Notes under the pieces: model-generated
Database searches by the model: none
What the model saw: the letters and a program-made list of their open reading frames with translations, nothing else
Told to the model about the DNA's origin: nothing
Shown here: piece by piece, positions 41,748 to 56,003 of the stretch
Layout: each line of letters starts with the position of its first letter
Position numbering within the stretch: position 1 is the stretch's first letter
Made by a program: the position numbers and the translations under genes
NCBI RefSeq assembly: GCF_009914755.1
Contig: NC_060926.1
Length of the DNA stretch: 64,000 nucleotides
Source: the human T2T-CHM13v2.0 reference genome, Homo sapiens
Strand: one strand, 5' to 3'

Positions 41748-41756
41748 TGTGTGTGT
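41693..41756. repeat. (GT)24 AT (GT)7 microsatellite
   Basis: Direct reading. Confidence 0.95.
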
Positions 41757-42593
41757 TACCGCCAGGCCAGTGAAGAATTTAAAGCTTACAGACATAAGGT
41801 AATGTGCCCAAGGCCACACAGCTACAAAGAGGCAGCAGAGATGGAATTTAAATGTGGGTCTTCTGCTTCAAAATAACTCACTTATTTCCAAGTGGAAAGG
41901 GAAATTGTGACCAACACACACAACTAGAAAAAAAAAAAATCCCACATGTCGCTCAAGAAAACCCAGGTTTGGATTTCAGACATTTTAGTCCAAGGACCTA
42001 ATTGCATCTACAGTGGTCATCTGTTGTATTTGCCACCCAATATTCATTCTCCCTTCTGATGGTACCTACACTGGTTCTTCAGAACAGACCTACCTCTTTC
42101 CACAGTCTTAGCCCATGTATTAAGAGGGGTCATCCTTTCCAAGGTCCTCGGCCAAACAGAACAGGAAGGGGTGCTATCACATTGGTTGTCTCAGGCATGA
42201 GTATTCAACCCAACAAATCTCGGTAAGGTTTTGCTTACATTTTTTTCTAGGACTGTTTATTTTCATGTGCCTTGAACCTGAGAGAATGTAGGTCTTAGTA
42301 CAGTTGTCTTGCCAGTACCTAAGGACGGCCTTTCTGAAACTACAGCCAGCAAAAGTAGAGCCAAGAGCTGGAGAAAGAAACCAGGTCCTGATAGTATCTT
42401 TGGAACCACTGCATTGATCTGGACCTGAAGCTGGAATTTTCCAGTTATGAGAGTTAATAAATTAGGGTTTCACTTAAGCCTATTCAGATTGATTTTTCTA
42501 TCACTTGGGACAGAAAACATGTCCTGATAATGTAGCATCACCCTGTTCTCTTTTAAAATAAGCATCAGACTTTTCCAAATGTAAACCCAAAAT

Positions 42594-42730
42594 TAGCCAG
42601 GCGTAGTCATGCAGCCTGTAGTCCTAGCTACTCGGGAGGGTAAAGTAGGAAGATCTCTTGAGCCCAGGAGTTCAAGGCCAGCCTGGGCAATATAGTGAGA
42701 TCATATCTCTAAAATGAAAACAAAATCAAA
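42594..42730 (+). mobile_element. FLAM/Alu monomer
   Basis: agccaggcgtag...cttgagcccaggagttcaaggccagcctgggcaatatagtgaga. Confidence 0.8.
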
Positions 42731-43099
42731 AACAGCCATCATTGGTGAGATTTTGGGTACACATTTTAGCACAAAATAGAGTTTCTCAAAAAATTGTTCT
42801 CTTTGGAGCAAAACCACCAGGAAGCCTTTCCTTGTTGGAGCTCTCTATATGCCAAAGGCCATTGGGCCAACCAGTCCTCTGAGCACTTGCTCCACTTCTG
42901 TGGGTCCTTGCCGAGAAGTAACTACAAACATTGACAATAAATAGTCACTTGTTTGTATATTTGGATGGTACCTGTTGTGTAAATAATGGTTTTAGACATA
43001 TTAGAGAATGGGATGTGCAGGCCAAATGTGAAGTCCACTAAACACAGAATGAGTCAGTGATGCCTCCCATCCAAGCTTACTTTTTATTATGCCATCTTG

Positions 43100-43573
43100 T
43101 ATAGTGGGTTGAATGGTAGACCCCAAAAAGATATCTCTATGTCCTAATTCCAGGAACTTATGAATAGTACCTTATGATAGCAAAAAAAAGTGAATATTAT
43201 CTTCTATGGCAAAAGATGTGACTACATTAAGAATCCTTAGAAAAGCAGCTCATCCTGTATAATCCACGTGGGCCCTAGATGCAAACACATGGATTCTTAT
43301 ACAAGAAATACCAGGAGAAGAAAGACACACAGGGGAGGAAGTAATATGAAGATGAAGCAAAGAGAGATGTGACCGCAAGCCAAGGAATGCCAATAGCCAC
43401 CAGAAGCTGAAAGAGGAAAGGAGCAGGTTTTCCTTCAGAGCTTCCAGAAGAAGTGTGGCCCTGCTGACACCTTGATTTCAGACTTCTGGCCTTCAGAATA
43501 GTAAGAGTAAGATTTATTTTGTTTTAAGCCACTTTGTGGTAATTTATTACAGCAGTCACAGGAAGTTAATATA
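43100..43573 (+). mobile_element. MLT1D-like LTR
   Basis: agtgggttgaatgg...gacaccttgatttcagacttctggcc...ttacagcagtcacaggaa. Confidence 0.8.
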
Positions 43574-43654
43574 ACTTGTTGGAGTAATATTACACTATTG
43601 AGATCAATTTCAGTTCAGACATCCAGTAAGGGAAATGTCAGCAAAGGACGACAG

Positions 43655-43905
43655 ACAACTAATATTTATATATTGCGTACTATGTTCCAGGCAATGTTCT
43701 AAGTACTTTGCCCATATTAACTCATTTAATCTTTATAACAACCCTAGGAGATAGGTATTATTATTCCCATTCTACAGAGAAGGAAACTGAGGCACAATGA
43801 GACTAAGTTAGCCCAAGGTCACATAATTATGAGATATCAGAGTTGGGATTCAAGTCCAGGTGGCACTGATTCCAGAGTATCTGCTCTCTAGCATTTTCCT
43901 CTATT
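43655..43905 (-). mobile_element. MIR SINE
   Basis: Core cccattctacagagaaggaaactgaggcac...cccaaggtcaca. Confidence 0.85.
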
Positions 43906-45067
43906 GCAGTCACATGTCCACATCAGAGGATTACACCCCTGGTTGCACAAGCAAGTCACCTGAGTGGCTTTAGAAATATTAAAGGGGAGGAATCACCCTG
44001 AAGACAAATTAATCACAACCTTGGGCACATGACTTTGAGCAGAAGTCATTTTAAGGGTTCCCCCAGATGATTTTAATGTGCAGCCAGGTTAAAAGCCAAT
44101 GACATAATGACTCCCAGTGGCAGATTTAACTAATTTGTTTAAATTTGCATTGCTTAGATGTTTTGGCTTTTCCAAGTCTATGTCTACACAGAGAAATTGG
44201 ACCGCAAAACCTAGTAAAAGGCTTAACTCAGTAAAACCATAATTTTTTTTCTTGTAATGGTCTGGTTGATCAATTTTTTTCAAGGGTTATACCATAGGAA
44301 AAACTCAATGTGAAGGCTACCTAGTAATCAACAATTTGTTTTAATTTTGGTATTGAGGGAGTAGGAATGGAGAATGATAAAATGGAGATGGAGTAGGAAT
44401 GGATGAGAAATGGAAATTCATCCACATCCCCAGAACCCATTCTGGCCAATTTCTGGTCAACTCTGGTCTGGATATCTGTGACCTAGAAATCCGGAGTACA
44501 GCACCCTGGGGGCTCTTGATTTTGCAATTGCCCTAGAGCAAACTCAAAGGCTGTTATTGCTTCTAAAATAGGACCAGCTTCCTTATATTCTCCTGAACAA
44601 AAAGGAACTCATCACGAAAGCAGCCTCCTAGAGCCTGCTCCAGGCCTGACACAGGTCAGTGCTGCCTGACCTTCTGATGCAGAGTCTCAGGTTGAACAAT
44701 CCTCTGATAGGACTAGTGCTATCTCACTTTCAGATCGGCACTATGAAGCACTTTAGAAACTAGGCTCTATAGAGTCCAAATCTGCCGATAATACCAATGG
44801 ATTTTAAAGCTTTTTAGCCATGGAGCATTTTCTTCAATGGAAATCTTACTTGGAAGGCCAGCAAACATAAAAATCGGGGGGAGTTTCTATACTTGAAGAG
44901 AATCTGAACCCCTACTTGGCCAGACCTTTAGTGTAGGAAAATACAAAGAGCCTTTGCCAAGAGAGGGCCAAGTAAACATCAAGAACTACTCTGACATTGT
45001 AAATAATTCTAGTAACAGGAGACCTATTTGGTTATCCCTTGACCTGTCCTGCTCTGAAGTATGCCTG

Positions 45068-45796
45068 GTGTTAATTTCCTAGGCTGCCATAACAAATTGC
45101 CGCAGACTGGATAGCTTAAAACAATAGAAATGTATTGTCTCACAGTTCTGAAGGCTGGAAGTATGAGATCAAGGGGTTGGCAGAGCCATGCTTCCTCTAA
45201 AGGCTCTAGGGAGGAGTCCTTACTTGAGTGTTCCTAGCTTCTGGCAATGGTTTGCAGTCCTTGGCATTCCTTGGCTTGTCATTGCATCACTCCAATGTTT
45301 GCCTCTGTCTTCAGATGGCCATCGTCCCGGTGTTTCCCTGTGTTTGTGTCTGTTTCTCTCCTCTTATGAGGACACTAGTCACATTGGATTTAGAACCTAC
45401 CTAATCCAGTATGACCTCATCTTAACTACAGTCATGCATCATAATGACATTTCGGTCAATGGCACACTAAATATATGATTATAGTCTCATTAGATTATTG
45501 TACCCCAATTGCCTACAGTAGTCAGTACAGTAACAGGCTGTAGAGGTTTGCAGCCTAGGAACAATAGGATATAGTATATGGTCTAGGTGTGTAGGAGACT
45601 GTACCGTCTAGGTTTGTGTGAGTACACTCTATGATGTTTGGACAATGATGAAATCACCTAACAACACATTACTCAGAATGTAACCACAATGTTAAGCAAT
45701 GCATGACATCGCAAAGACCCTATTTCCAAATAAGGTCATAGTCTAAGGTTCTAGAGAAAACATGAATTTAGGAGAGACATGCTTCAACCCAGTACA
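45068..45796 (-). mobile_element. MLT1 LTR with nested Tigger3-like element (45429-45708)
   Basis: ggctgccataacaaa...ctcacagttctg; insert with TIRs cagtcatgcatc / gcaatgcatgac. Confidence 0.8.
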
Positions 45797-46607
45797 CAGC
45801 TCCAGTTCTACCTCTGAACTTGTTTATATGGCTGGGCCCCACCACCATGGCCAGATCTCCCCCAGCAGCTACCCTGACACCAGATGCCAGTGGCGTGGCT
45901 TTTTGGCTTCCATCAGCTTTTATTGCCTAAATGTTTGAGCTCCCAGACTGTGTGATCTCCAGGCTGCAAATGTTGCCACTTTGGCTTGACCTGCTGCCGA
46001 GTCCAGAATGGAATGTTTTCTTGCAAGTTTTCCTTTCCAGATTTCAATCAAGAAAAAAATGAGTAAGCTGTCTGCAGAAAATCCTATGGTATCTTTCCAG
46101 ACAAAGAAAGACTTCCCTGGAAACCACTCTTTGACTTATTCAATATCCCTTTTTTTCTTAATTATGGCTAATATAAATTGTTTTTTAGAAAGTGTTTCTT
46201 ACTAAGTGATACCATATTTTAACTGAGCCGTGCTAGAACCTACTATTCTTTAAAAAACCTCTTTATTCTTTGAATATTTTAACATACATTTGCATAAAAC
46301 AAAAAATGTTGATTTGTATTTCAATTTTATTTTAGTTCTTCCCAAATTGCTCTTAAAAAAAGAAAAAGAAAAGATTTAAGGCCATAAACATAGATGTATA
46401 AAGTGCTGTAAGATGGCCTAAAATTTAAAGAAAAAGGAGGCAAATGAAAATAAAGATATGAAAGTAAGGTGAATTGACTAATGAAGTTAGCACCTAGACT
46501 CTATGTCAACAAGTCAGGTATGTTTGTCTACTGAATAGGACAAAAATTTATCTATGAACTTTCTAGTAACCAATACATCAGTGCCCATAAGTAAAAGTAA
46601 ACAAACC

Positions 46608-46608
<1 letters not shown>

Positions 46609-46652
<44 letters not shown>
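46609..46652. repeat. (AC)22 microsatellite
   Basis: Direct reading. Confidence 0.95.
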
Positions 46653-46655
<3 letters not shown>

Positions 46656-48999
46656 GCCATACAACACACCCCAACCACCAAAGTAAGCTCTGAAGAGTAA
46701 TCTCAAAGTTTCCTCCAGGAACTGTTAAGATTTAAGTAGAACAGAGTGGTTTGTGAAGGTACCTATAGAACTTTATCATCACTTTTTAAAAAATTGTACG
46801 TTCCCACAATATCTATGTACATGCCAATCCCCCCCCCCCCTTTTTTTAAAAAGTCATTGACCATTGGGAATCAAGTATTTTAGGTAGGTGAGAGGACAGG
46901 TGCTCCAGGATATTCTAAGACATGTGATTAATATATATGAACTCTTTCTGAAGTCCTGGCCCTATATCCTCTAATGGGACATTCCATTCTTCTTTCCATC
47001 TTGTTGCTACTGCTATTTAGAAATCTGTCAAGCAAGCATTGCCTTTGATGTAAGCATCTAGATAGACTGTGGGGATGGGGAGAGAGTTCTGACCAATGAA
47101 CCTGAAACCAAGATGTCTAAGGGTGTCTAGAGCTCCCATCTCCTGTCCATCTTCCCCTGATTTTCCCTCTATATCTCACAGTTCCCTGAACTTCTCCAGC
47201 ACTTTTTGTATTTCTGTTTAACTATCCTAGGCAATAGCACTGATTCTTAATAAGCCCTTGTTATTTGAGAACCGGCACCTGATTTCAGGCTCCTGGCCTT
47301 TGGGTGTAACTTGTTCAATGCTTTGCCCAATATAGGCCCCTGAAAAACCTGCATCAGCACTCTCTCTTCTTTTTCCACCTTTTTTGCTGCGCTTCCTTTC
47401 TCCTTTCCCAGCTTTTCTTCTTTTTACTGTTGTATCTCCTTTAAACCTCTTTCCCCATTTCCTTTTACTCCCCTTTCCCTGTTCCTTTTATGCACCTGCT
47501 CTTTTTCTTCATACCCTTGCCCTCTGAGTAGCTGCTCTATAATCCTATAGCCCTACAGAGCTTGTCACACATTACTTCAAGACTTTGTTACTCGGTGTCT
47601 CCACAAGAATGGCCTGCAGGAAGACAAGCAAAATAAACTGGATACCAAGTTTAGGAAGAAGATCAGAAGCTAGTCTCCTAAGGGCTGTTGCAGAGAAAGG
47701 CAGCAACTCATCTAGTTTTTTGGATGGGTGCCCTCCCTAAAATATTGCTCAAAGTTCCCAGAATATCATTTTATAAATTCTAGAATCAAACCTTCTATAT
47801 ACCTATCCCAACCCTAGAAAAGCAATAGAGAAATGCCTCCCTGGGGAAAGCAAAGTGATTCCCTCCACATCTAATCCCTTTTTCTAAAATGAAGACTCAG
47901 CACCTTTCCAAGAGCTCAATAATAATGCAATGAGATTTGTAAAAGAGCACACCTGACTCCTCTCCAAGTGTGCCCTAACTGGGGAAACACACGGCCTCCA
48001 GTATTTACAGTGTGGATTAGCCCAGTTTTCAGGCTCCAAGACTCTATTAGCACAGCAATATTAACCTAATTACTTTCTCTAGTAAGACAAATATTAAGGC
48101 CTCCTAGACATATAATGATATTTTCCCCAAAGAGCAATGACTCAAGACTTCTTCCCATCTTACTCTGCCATGCTGGAAGACAGGGCAGCCACATCCCATT
48201 GTCAACCCCATGCAAATGTTATCTGGTTTTAACTATCTAATGGTACTAATCTGGCAGATCCATTTAAATCATGCAAAATCTTTGAGATGATTAGCTTGTG
48301 AATATCTAAAATACAGCAGAAAACCTTTAAGTTCCCTGTTTATGTTTTTAAGTATTTATGGCATGTCCTGGTAATACTGGGAGACCTTGGAACTGTCCAC
48401 TCAGTATCTTTCTTCCTGCCTCTACATTAAAATAGATGTTCAATCCAAACATCTAATGAATTACCAAGGTTTTAAAAAACTTTGAGGATTCCCCGGAATG
48501 ATAGAAAGAATAATGATCATTGGAGTGAAACCTCCCATAGGCATGCTACTGACCACTGGCTCCATTTTAAAAAAATTTTTAATACCCCAGAAGATCAAAA
48601 TCAAAGAGAATCAGATCAACTTCATGGCCTGAGTAACTAAATCAACTTATTTGAATAACTAGTTTACCTTTTTCTATAAATTGATCAACTTGAGGTGGAT
48701 TTTGGCATCGTGAAACAACAGTTGCTCAGCCACTCATGCTAACTGATTATTACAAAATCAAGAAAATACAAATATTGACATGGGATGGTTTTCAGCTTGA
48801 AGTAAAAAGCTCAGCAAGCCTATGAAGAGCAGCTAAGGACATAACAGGCACTTTCACTGTTGGATAAATACATGCCATTTCTCTGAGCTATAATTTTGTC
48901 TCCTTTATTTCTCAATGTTTGCAAAAAGAAAATTGTGGTTTTCTAAGTTCAGTTGTTTAGCTTCTTAGTGCAGCCCAGGTTTACAGGTCTTTTTTTTCC

Positions 49000-49615
49000 T
49001 TTTTAAAAAATTTTTATGTTTAATATTTGTGGGTATATAGTGTATATGTTTATGTGGTACATGAGATATTTTGATACAAGGATGCAATGTGTAATAATCA
49101 CATTAGGGTAAAATGGGGTATCCACCACCTCAAATATTGATCCTTACTGTTACAAACAATCCAATTATACTATTTTAGTTATCTTTAAATGAGTAATAAA
49201 TTATTATTGACTGTAGTCAGTCTGTATCAAATACTAGAACTTATTCATTCAATCTAATCATATTAATGTACCCATTAACAATCCCAAGTCTTCTGATGTT
49301 ATTTGGAAGCAAACAGCTCTGTACAGTTTTGCAGCAATGAGGCCTAGATATTGCCATAAATTTGAGAACTGTTAAAAAGTTTCCACCTACATTTAAATAT
49401 TGTCCTGATACAAAGATGGGAACAATACACACCAGGGATTCCAAAAGGGAAAAGGAGGGAGAGGGGCAAGGGTTGAAAAACTACCTATTGGGTACTATGT
49501 TCACCACTTGCGTGATGGGATCATTAGAAGCTCAAACCTCAGCATCACACAATATACCCATGTAACAAACCTGCACATGTACCCCCTGAATTAAATTTTT
49601 AAAACAAATAAATAA
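49000..49615. mobile_element. Two L1 3'-end fragments: L1MA-like minus (~49000-49270) and L1PB-like plus (~49410-49615)
   Basis: Recognisable L1 3' UTR motifs in opposite orientations. Confidence 0.7.
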
Positions 49616-50089
49616 ATGTCCAGGGATTCAGTAGCCCTGATCAAAGGCAACATTCAAAGATTGATCTACCTCAGCATATCTCCCTCCTACATCTACCTCC
49701 ATTCCATTGTTCATTTGGACCAAACAAAAAAAGAACAAAAGCACAATCTGAGGTTTCTGCAACATAATTTTCCATGTGAAAGTTTCAAACCAATCATTCA
49801 TAACCATCTGTTGGTATCTCCCACTCTTTATCTCCTACTCTATAGTCCTACAGCCACCTTCCCAGCTGCAGCTACATGGAGCCACAGGACTCATGTAAAG
49901 GAAGTCATCATTCTGCTATCCCACTTAGTCTTCTAAGTAAAATACGTCCCAAAGCATTACACGTCAAGCCTGAAGATGGAAAGTTTGGGGAAAAAAACAT
50001 GACATTGAGTACAAGTAGAGGTCACTAAAACCAACAAATCAACCAGTATTGCAGATTATCCAATTAGCAAAGATAAATACTAAAACCCA

Positions 50090-53000
50090 TTGGAGACACT
50101 TCTGCTTCCAGTCAAGGAGGAATAACAGGAATTGGATTTATCCTCCAGGCTAGAAAAAAAAAAGGTAAGTTATATGAAATAATTATTTACAAAACACTGG
50201 ATATTAGGCAATGAAAAACAGTGAGTGGCAAGAAAAAAATGACTCACACCACCTCATAACTGACCCAGCTTCCTGGTTTGAGAAAACTTCCAGGCTGAGG
50301 TACAGGGAAGGGGATCCCAGGGAGAAGCTAAAAGACTTCCTGAGTTGAGAAAACAAAATTGAGATTTCAAGAAATCAAGACATCTAGAATTTTCAAGACA
50401 GAGTGCTGAAAAGGACAGAGACACACGGAGACCTGCAGAGAATTTTCCTCAAGTATTAGCAGAGTGTTAATTCATGCATTTGTGTGAGGAAAGAATCACC
50501 CAAAAGAATTAAAGGGAACAGTATCCAGTGATCACACATGGCCACAAATAGAGCCTGTACCCATAAGCCAGATAGAAAAGCTCATATAAGACATTGGGTA
50601 GAATACTCAAAAAGGCTTTACCTCAGAGGAAATTATTAATTAGCCCTAGCATTAACACTCTTCTGGAACCACTGAACAAATCAGATCAAAACCTGAAATG
50701 ATCAAATTGTTTCCAAGTAACTTAACTTCATCCCAGAACAAAGCTCAAGAATATTTATAGAAACACAAAAATATCCAACACCCAATGAGGTACAATTTTC
50801 TGACCCTCCAATCAAAGATTACCAGGCATGCAAAAAGGGAGGAAAACACTGCTTATTATAGGAAAAATAATTAATCAGTCAAAACTGACACCGAAATGAC
50901 ACAGATATTAGGTTAGCAATGATATTAAAACAGCTGTTATAACTGCATTCCATGTGTTCACAAAATTAAGTAGGGACATGGAAGAGAGAAAAAAAGACCG
51001 AAATCCAAAATTCTAGAGATGGAAACTACAATCCCTGAGATAAAAATACCAGAGATGGGATTAGCAACAGATAAGACATTGTAGAAGAAAAGATTATGAA
51101 CTTGAAGAATAGCAATAGAAATTACCCAAAAGAAGCACACAGAAAAAAAAAAGAATCCACAAAAATGAAAAGAGCATCAGTGAGTTGTAGGACAGTTTAA
51201 TATACATGTAGGTCTCATAGATATTTTCCTCAGCAAAAGAAAGGAGAAGTAGGGAGGGAATGAAGAATAGTGTATGAAAATCGTCCAATTTTGATGAAAG
51301 ACTCAAGCTCATGGATTCAAGTTTAAGGAAGCCCAGAATAAGAAATATAAATACACCAAGGAATATAGTAACCCAACATCTCAAATCCAGTGATAACATG
51401 AAAATATTAAAAGTAGGCAAAGATAAGAAGATACGTTAAGTACAGAGGACAAGGATAAGGGCAAGAACAGATTTCTTGTTGGAAATAATGCAAACAAGAC
51501 GACAGTGAAACATCTTTAAAGTAATGAAAGAAAGCAGCTGTCAATCTGGATTGCTATATCCTAGAATTTTCTATCTTCGAAAACAAGAAATAAAAACACT
51601 TTCAGAAATATAAATTCTGATTTCAGGTAAAAGGAAAAAATGATACCACATAGAAATATAAATCAACCCTCAAAAATGAAAAGCATCAAATATGGCAACC
51701 ACATAAGCAAATATATAACTTTTTTATTATCTTATTTAAAACTGTTTAAAAGATAATTGACGATTTAAACAAAAATAATAGTAATAAGTTGAGGCTTTTA
51801 TAGCACATATGTAAGTAAAACAACAACAATAACATAAGGGCAAGAGAGAAGAAATGGAAGTACATTATTTCAGATTTTTATACCATACTTGAAGTGGTAT
51901 AATATCACCTTAAGGAAGACTGATAAATTTAAGATACATGCAATAAACCTTTAAGCAAATTAACAAAAGAGTTATAATGAATAAACTGACAATATAAATT
52001 GAAATAAAATAATACTAAATCCAAAAGATGGAATATAAATAGGAAATAGGAACAAATAACAGAGACACAAATGGAAACAAATAGCAAGATGATAGACATA
52101 ATTCAAACTGTATAAATAATCTCATTAAATATAAACATTCTAATATCCCAGTTAAAAATCAGAGATTGTCAGAATGGCAGGGGCAGGGGGAAAGAAAAAT
52201 TGAACAGTATGCCACCTTTGAGACACACACATTAAATCTAAAGACAGAAACAGATTAAAAGTAAAATGTTGGAATAAACATGGTAGATACATATACCATG
52301 TTAACCCTAGTAAAAAGAAATCTGTAGTGGCTAAGTTAATATAAGACAAAAGTAGATTTCAAAGCAAGATATTACCAAGAATAAAGAAGATTGTTTCATC
52401 ACGATAAAAGCATCAATTCATCAAGAGGACATACCAGTTCTGTCTCTATGCATGTAATAATAGACCTTCAAAATACATGAAGCAAAAACTGATAGAGCTG
52501 TAAGAAAAAAAAGCAAGTCTACAATTTTGATCAGATATCTCAATACTCTTCTCTCAATAACTGGTAGAATAGGTAGAGAGAAAATCATCAGGATATAGAA
52601 ATTTGAAGCACACTAACAATCAAAATAACCTATGGACAATTTTAGAACACTCCTCTTCTTGGCAGTATACACATTCTTTTCATGTTTACACAGAACAATT
52701 ATTACGATTGATAGACCCAATTCTGGGCCATAAAACAAGTTTTAAATTCAGTAAGTTTAAAAGGATGTATGTCATACAAAGTATGCTCTCTATCCACAGT
52801 GGAATTAAATTAGAAATGAATACAGAACATGTCTGGAAAATTCCTAAACATTTGGAAACTAAATAACACCCTTCTAAATAACCCATAGATATGAGAATAA
52901 ATCAAAGGAGAAATTAAAATACATGAAATAAATTAAAATGGTAACAACATGTCGGAATTTGTGAGGTGCCACAAAACAATATGTAGGATGAAATTCAAAG

Positions 53001-53320
53001 CAATAAATGCTCATATTAGAAGAAAGAGAAAGTCTCCATTTATAACCTTGGCTTCCACCTTAATAAAAATAGAAAAAGGAGAGCAAATAAAATTCAAAGT
53101 AAGCATAAGAAAAAACATAATAAAGATCAAAACAGAAAACAATTAAATGTAAAACAAAATCAATAGTGAAACTCAATGAAATAAAAATCTAGTTCTGAGA
53201 TGATCAATACAATTTCTAAAGCTCTAGTCAAAAAGATCTGGAAAAAAAGTGGAAAATATAAATTACCATGATTAAGGATGAAAGAGATGAGATCCTCTCA
53301 GATTCAAAATATTAAAAGGA
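50090..53320 (+). mobile_element. Old L1M fragment (5' region to early ORF2)
   Basis: A-rich degenerate L1; DPILGHKTS and HSGIKLE motifs. Confidence 0.75.
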
Positions 53321-54204
53321 TAATAGTTTGGACTTTGCCAAGTGCTACTTTGCCAGGTAACATGATTGCATGTTAAGGGATCATCAACATCTTGATACAA
53401 AGGAGAAATAGAAAGATGACAATTTCATAAGTGGGTTGTGTCATAGCAGCTCAGTGGGGGAGATCTCACACACGAAGTGTGACTTTTAAAATCCTTCAGA
53501 ACAGTAACTACTTATGGGGTGTCATATCTCTGCTGAGATTTAATTGCATGGTCAGTTTGTAAAATACATCTTAAAATTTTGTAATACAGTATTATTTCTT
53601 CTATAAGGTATAATAGGAGTTAAATAATTAAATACTTTAATAATACTAAAAGGAAAAAATACAAACCTAAATTATCAGCTATTTACATCACTTTATATTC
53701 CAATCATGGTCAATTTTCATTTGTACATGTCAACATGGATTAAATCAGAGTGTACTCTTTATGTGCTACTTTTTAACTAAATGGCTCCATATATTTATTT
53801 CCATACACAGATATAGTCCATGCAACTAATATTTTTGAAATATATATGGTAATTTAATCATATTGATTACAATCAATCCCCAATTGTAGAGCATTTAGGT
53901 AACTTCCAGTGTTTCACAGTTGTGAATAGTAACACTATAACTTTGTGTAGACTGATTTCTTCCTTTTGGATTATTTCCCTTGAGTAGAATTCCTGGCCCT
54001 CCTCTACTCACACCTCAAAAAAGTGAAACAGCTTATCAGCACTTGTTGAACATTTCCAGATGAACTTCACAGAAACTTTGAACAATTCTCAGTGACACAG
54101 GGCCACATATACATATAATTTTTTCACAGGCCTACCTAGTTTTCTTATTTTTATTGAAGTAAATTACTATTCAGTCAACTGAACCTATTTAAAGGGTGCA
54201 ATTT

Positions 54205-54205
<1 letters not shown>

Positions 54206-54251
<46 letters not shown>
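54206..54251. repeat. Compound (GT)n(AT)n microsatellite
   Basis: Direct reading. Confidence 0.9.
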
Positions 54252-54254
<3 letters not shown>

Positions 54255-54528
54255 CCAGTGCAGTTTGGTAGATATATTTCATGTCACACGAAGCCATGTG
54301 ACATAAAAATAATGAACACATCCATCACAACAAAAGGTTCTTCATACCCTTTGTAGTTCTACCTTCTTGTCCCTCTTGTGTCCTCAGGAAACCACTGATG
54401 TACTTTGTGTCACCATAGATTAGTTTAAATTTCATAGAATTTTATATAAACATAATCATAAAGCATGTACTCCTAGTTTTTGGCTTGTACAAATAAAGCT
54501 ACTACAAACATTTGTATACAAGTCTTTG

Positions 54529-56003
54529 TGTCACGAGATCCTTGGGGTGTCACTTCACCAGCTGGAAACCTCTGTGGCCAGTAGTGCCTTCTGCCTGAGT
54601 ATTGCTCATGCCCACTGAGCTCAATCTGTCCACTCAGCCTGGCAGGCTGCACTTGGCTCATGCTACAGGCCTGGATCCCACACCTGCCAAGGGTGAGCCA
54701 GGCACAGAATGATGAGGGGTGTGTGTGTGAGTGAGCGCAGGGTCCAGCCACTGTGCACAGCCAGGCACACTGGTTGCTGGGCAAGGCAAGCAGCTCCAGA
54801 TGACAGCATAAGTGCCGGCTCCATGTGAGGCTATGGTTGGACCAGATGTACCCCAAGTGGCTTCCACTGTGGGCACCCACATCTGGATGAAGGGAACATG
54901 GTGGTGCCTGGAAGCTTGGAGATGCCAGGAACCACAAAGCCCCAAAGAGGGTGTCATAGCCCTGGCTCAGGGCTCCCCTAGTTCTGGGCTCCCCGAAGGG
55001 TCCCAGCTCTTCTCTCCTTCTTGTTGCCTGCAATGTGACAAGCAGGGGGGCATGTTTCAGACCTGTTTGTGTTACAGCTCTTTCAGTCCCCGCATTCAGC
55101 AGGTCCTGATTTCTTGTCCCGTGTCCGGGAACAATGAGGTACGCAAACAACTGGAGGATGAGCAAGGCAGAGAGGAGCTTCAGTGAGTGACAGAGAGGCT
55201 CTCGGGAGACCCAAAGTGGGCAGTTCCTTCCCACAGCTGGTAGTCCTGATGTCTGCCCAAGTCTGGATGAGTCCAGAGTTTTTATAGCCTCAGAAGGAAG
55301 GGCGTGCTGATTGGTCCATGGGCCACCATGAGCAGGTTCAGAAAAAGCACCATAAATTGTCACTCTGGGCCACTGACTCCATCCAGAATTGACAGCCCAG
55401 CACCCAGGCTTCAGGCCATCCCTGGCTTGAAGGTGGGGTTTCACCCGAGACCTGCCCCTTTCCACCCAGGAGCCTGTCTGCCTCCTGCCACCATCCACAT
55501 GCCATCCATGGTGCCCAGGCTGTTAGTGCCAAGGGGTGCTTGCAAGCCTGCACTAAGCCACCCTCAGCCCCCACTTGCCCCTCCTCCCATGCTCATCAGC
55601 ACCCAAAGTCTGGAGGGGGCCAAGGCGGCAGGGGGCTGGTGTGTCAATGCCGCCCTGAGCTTGCACATGCCAGGCCGAGCAACAGCACCTTGGCTCAGCC
55701 ACAACTTTGTTCCACCCCAGAGCAGGTGCCTAGAGTGGGAAGAGGCCAAGGAGCGGGAGCAGGTACTTCCAAGCCTTCAGGGGCAGGGGCGCTTCCCAGG
55801 CCCCTGAGAGCACAGGGAAGCCCGGGTCCAGAGCCATGGCTGGGTGGCTGCAGCTGCGCCAAGGAGCACTGGCCTTCTGCCCCACCAACTTGGTAGGGGA
55901 TGGGGCTCATGCCTGTTCCTGGCCGTGCCAGCTCTGTGGAGTGCGCAGCCCCAGCCATGCCTCTAACACTGCAGCCACTCCAGTCAGGCTGCTGCTACCA
56001 CCA
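54529..56003 (-). mobile_element. MER52-type ERV1 solo LTR inside a minus-strand L1M fragment (~54130-56340)
   Basis: GC-rich 1.47 kb, tgtcacgagatcc...ctaccacca termini, 4-bp TSD tttg at 54525-54528 and 56004-56007. Confidence 0.8.

Noticed and set aside
46829-46852. C12-T7-A5 homopolymer run
   Set aside because: Simple low-complexity tract with no supporting context
54473-55498. 341-aa ORF on minus
   Set aside because: Lies almost entirely within the GC-rich MER52 LTR, where stops are scarce; overlapping ORFs occur in several frames; no recognisable domain
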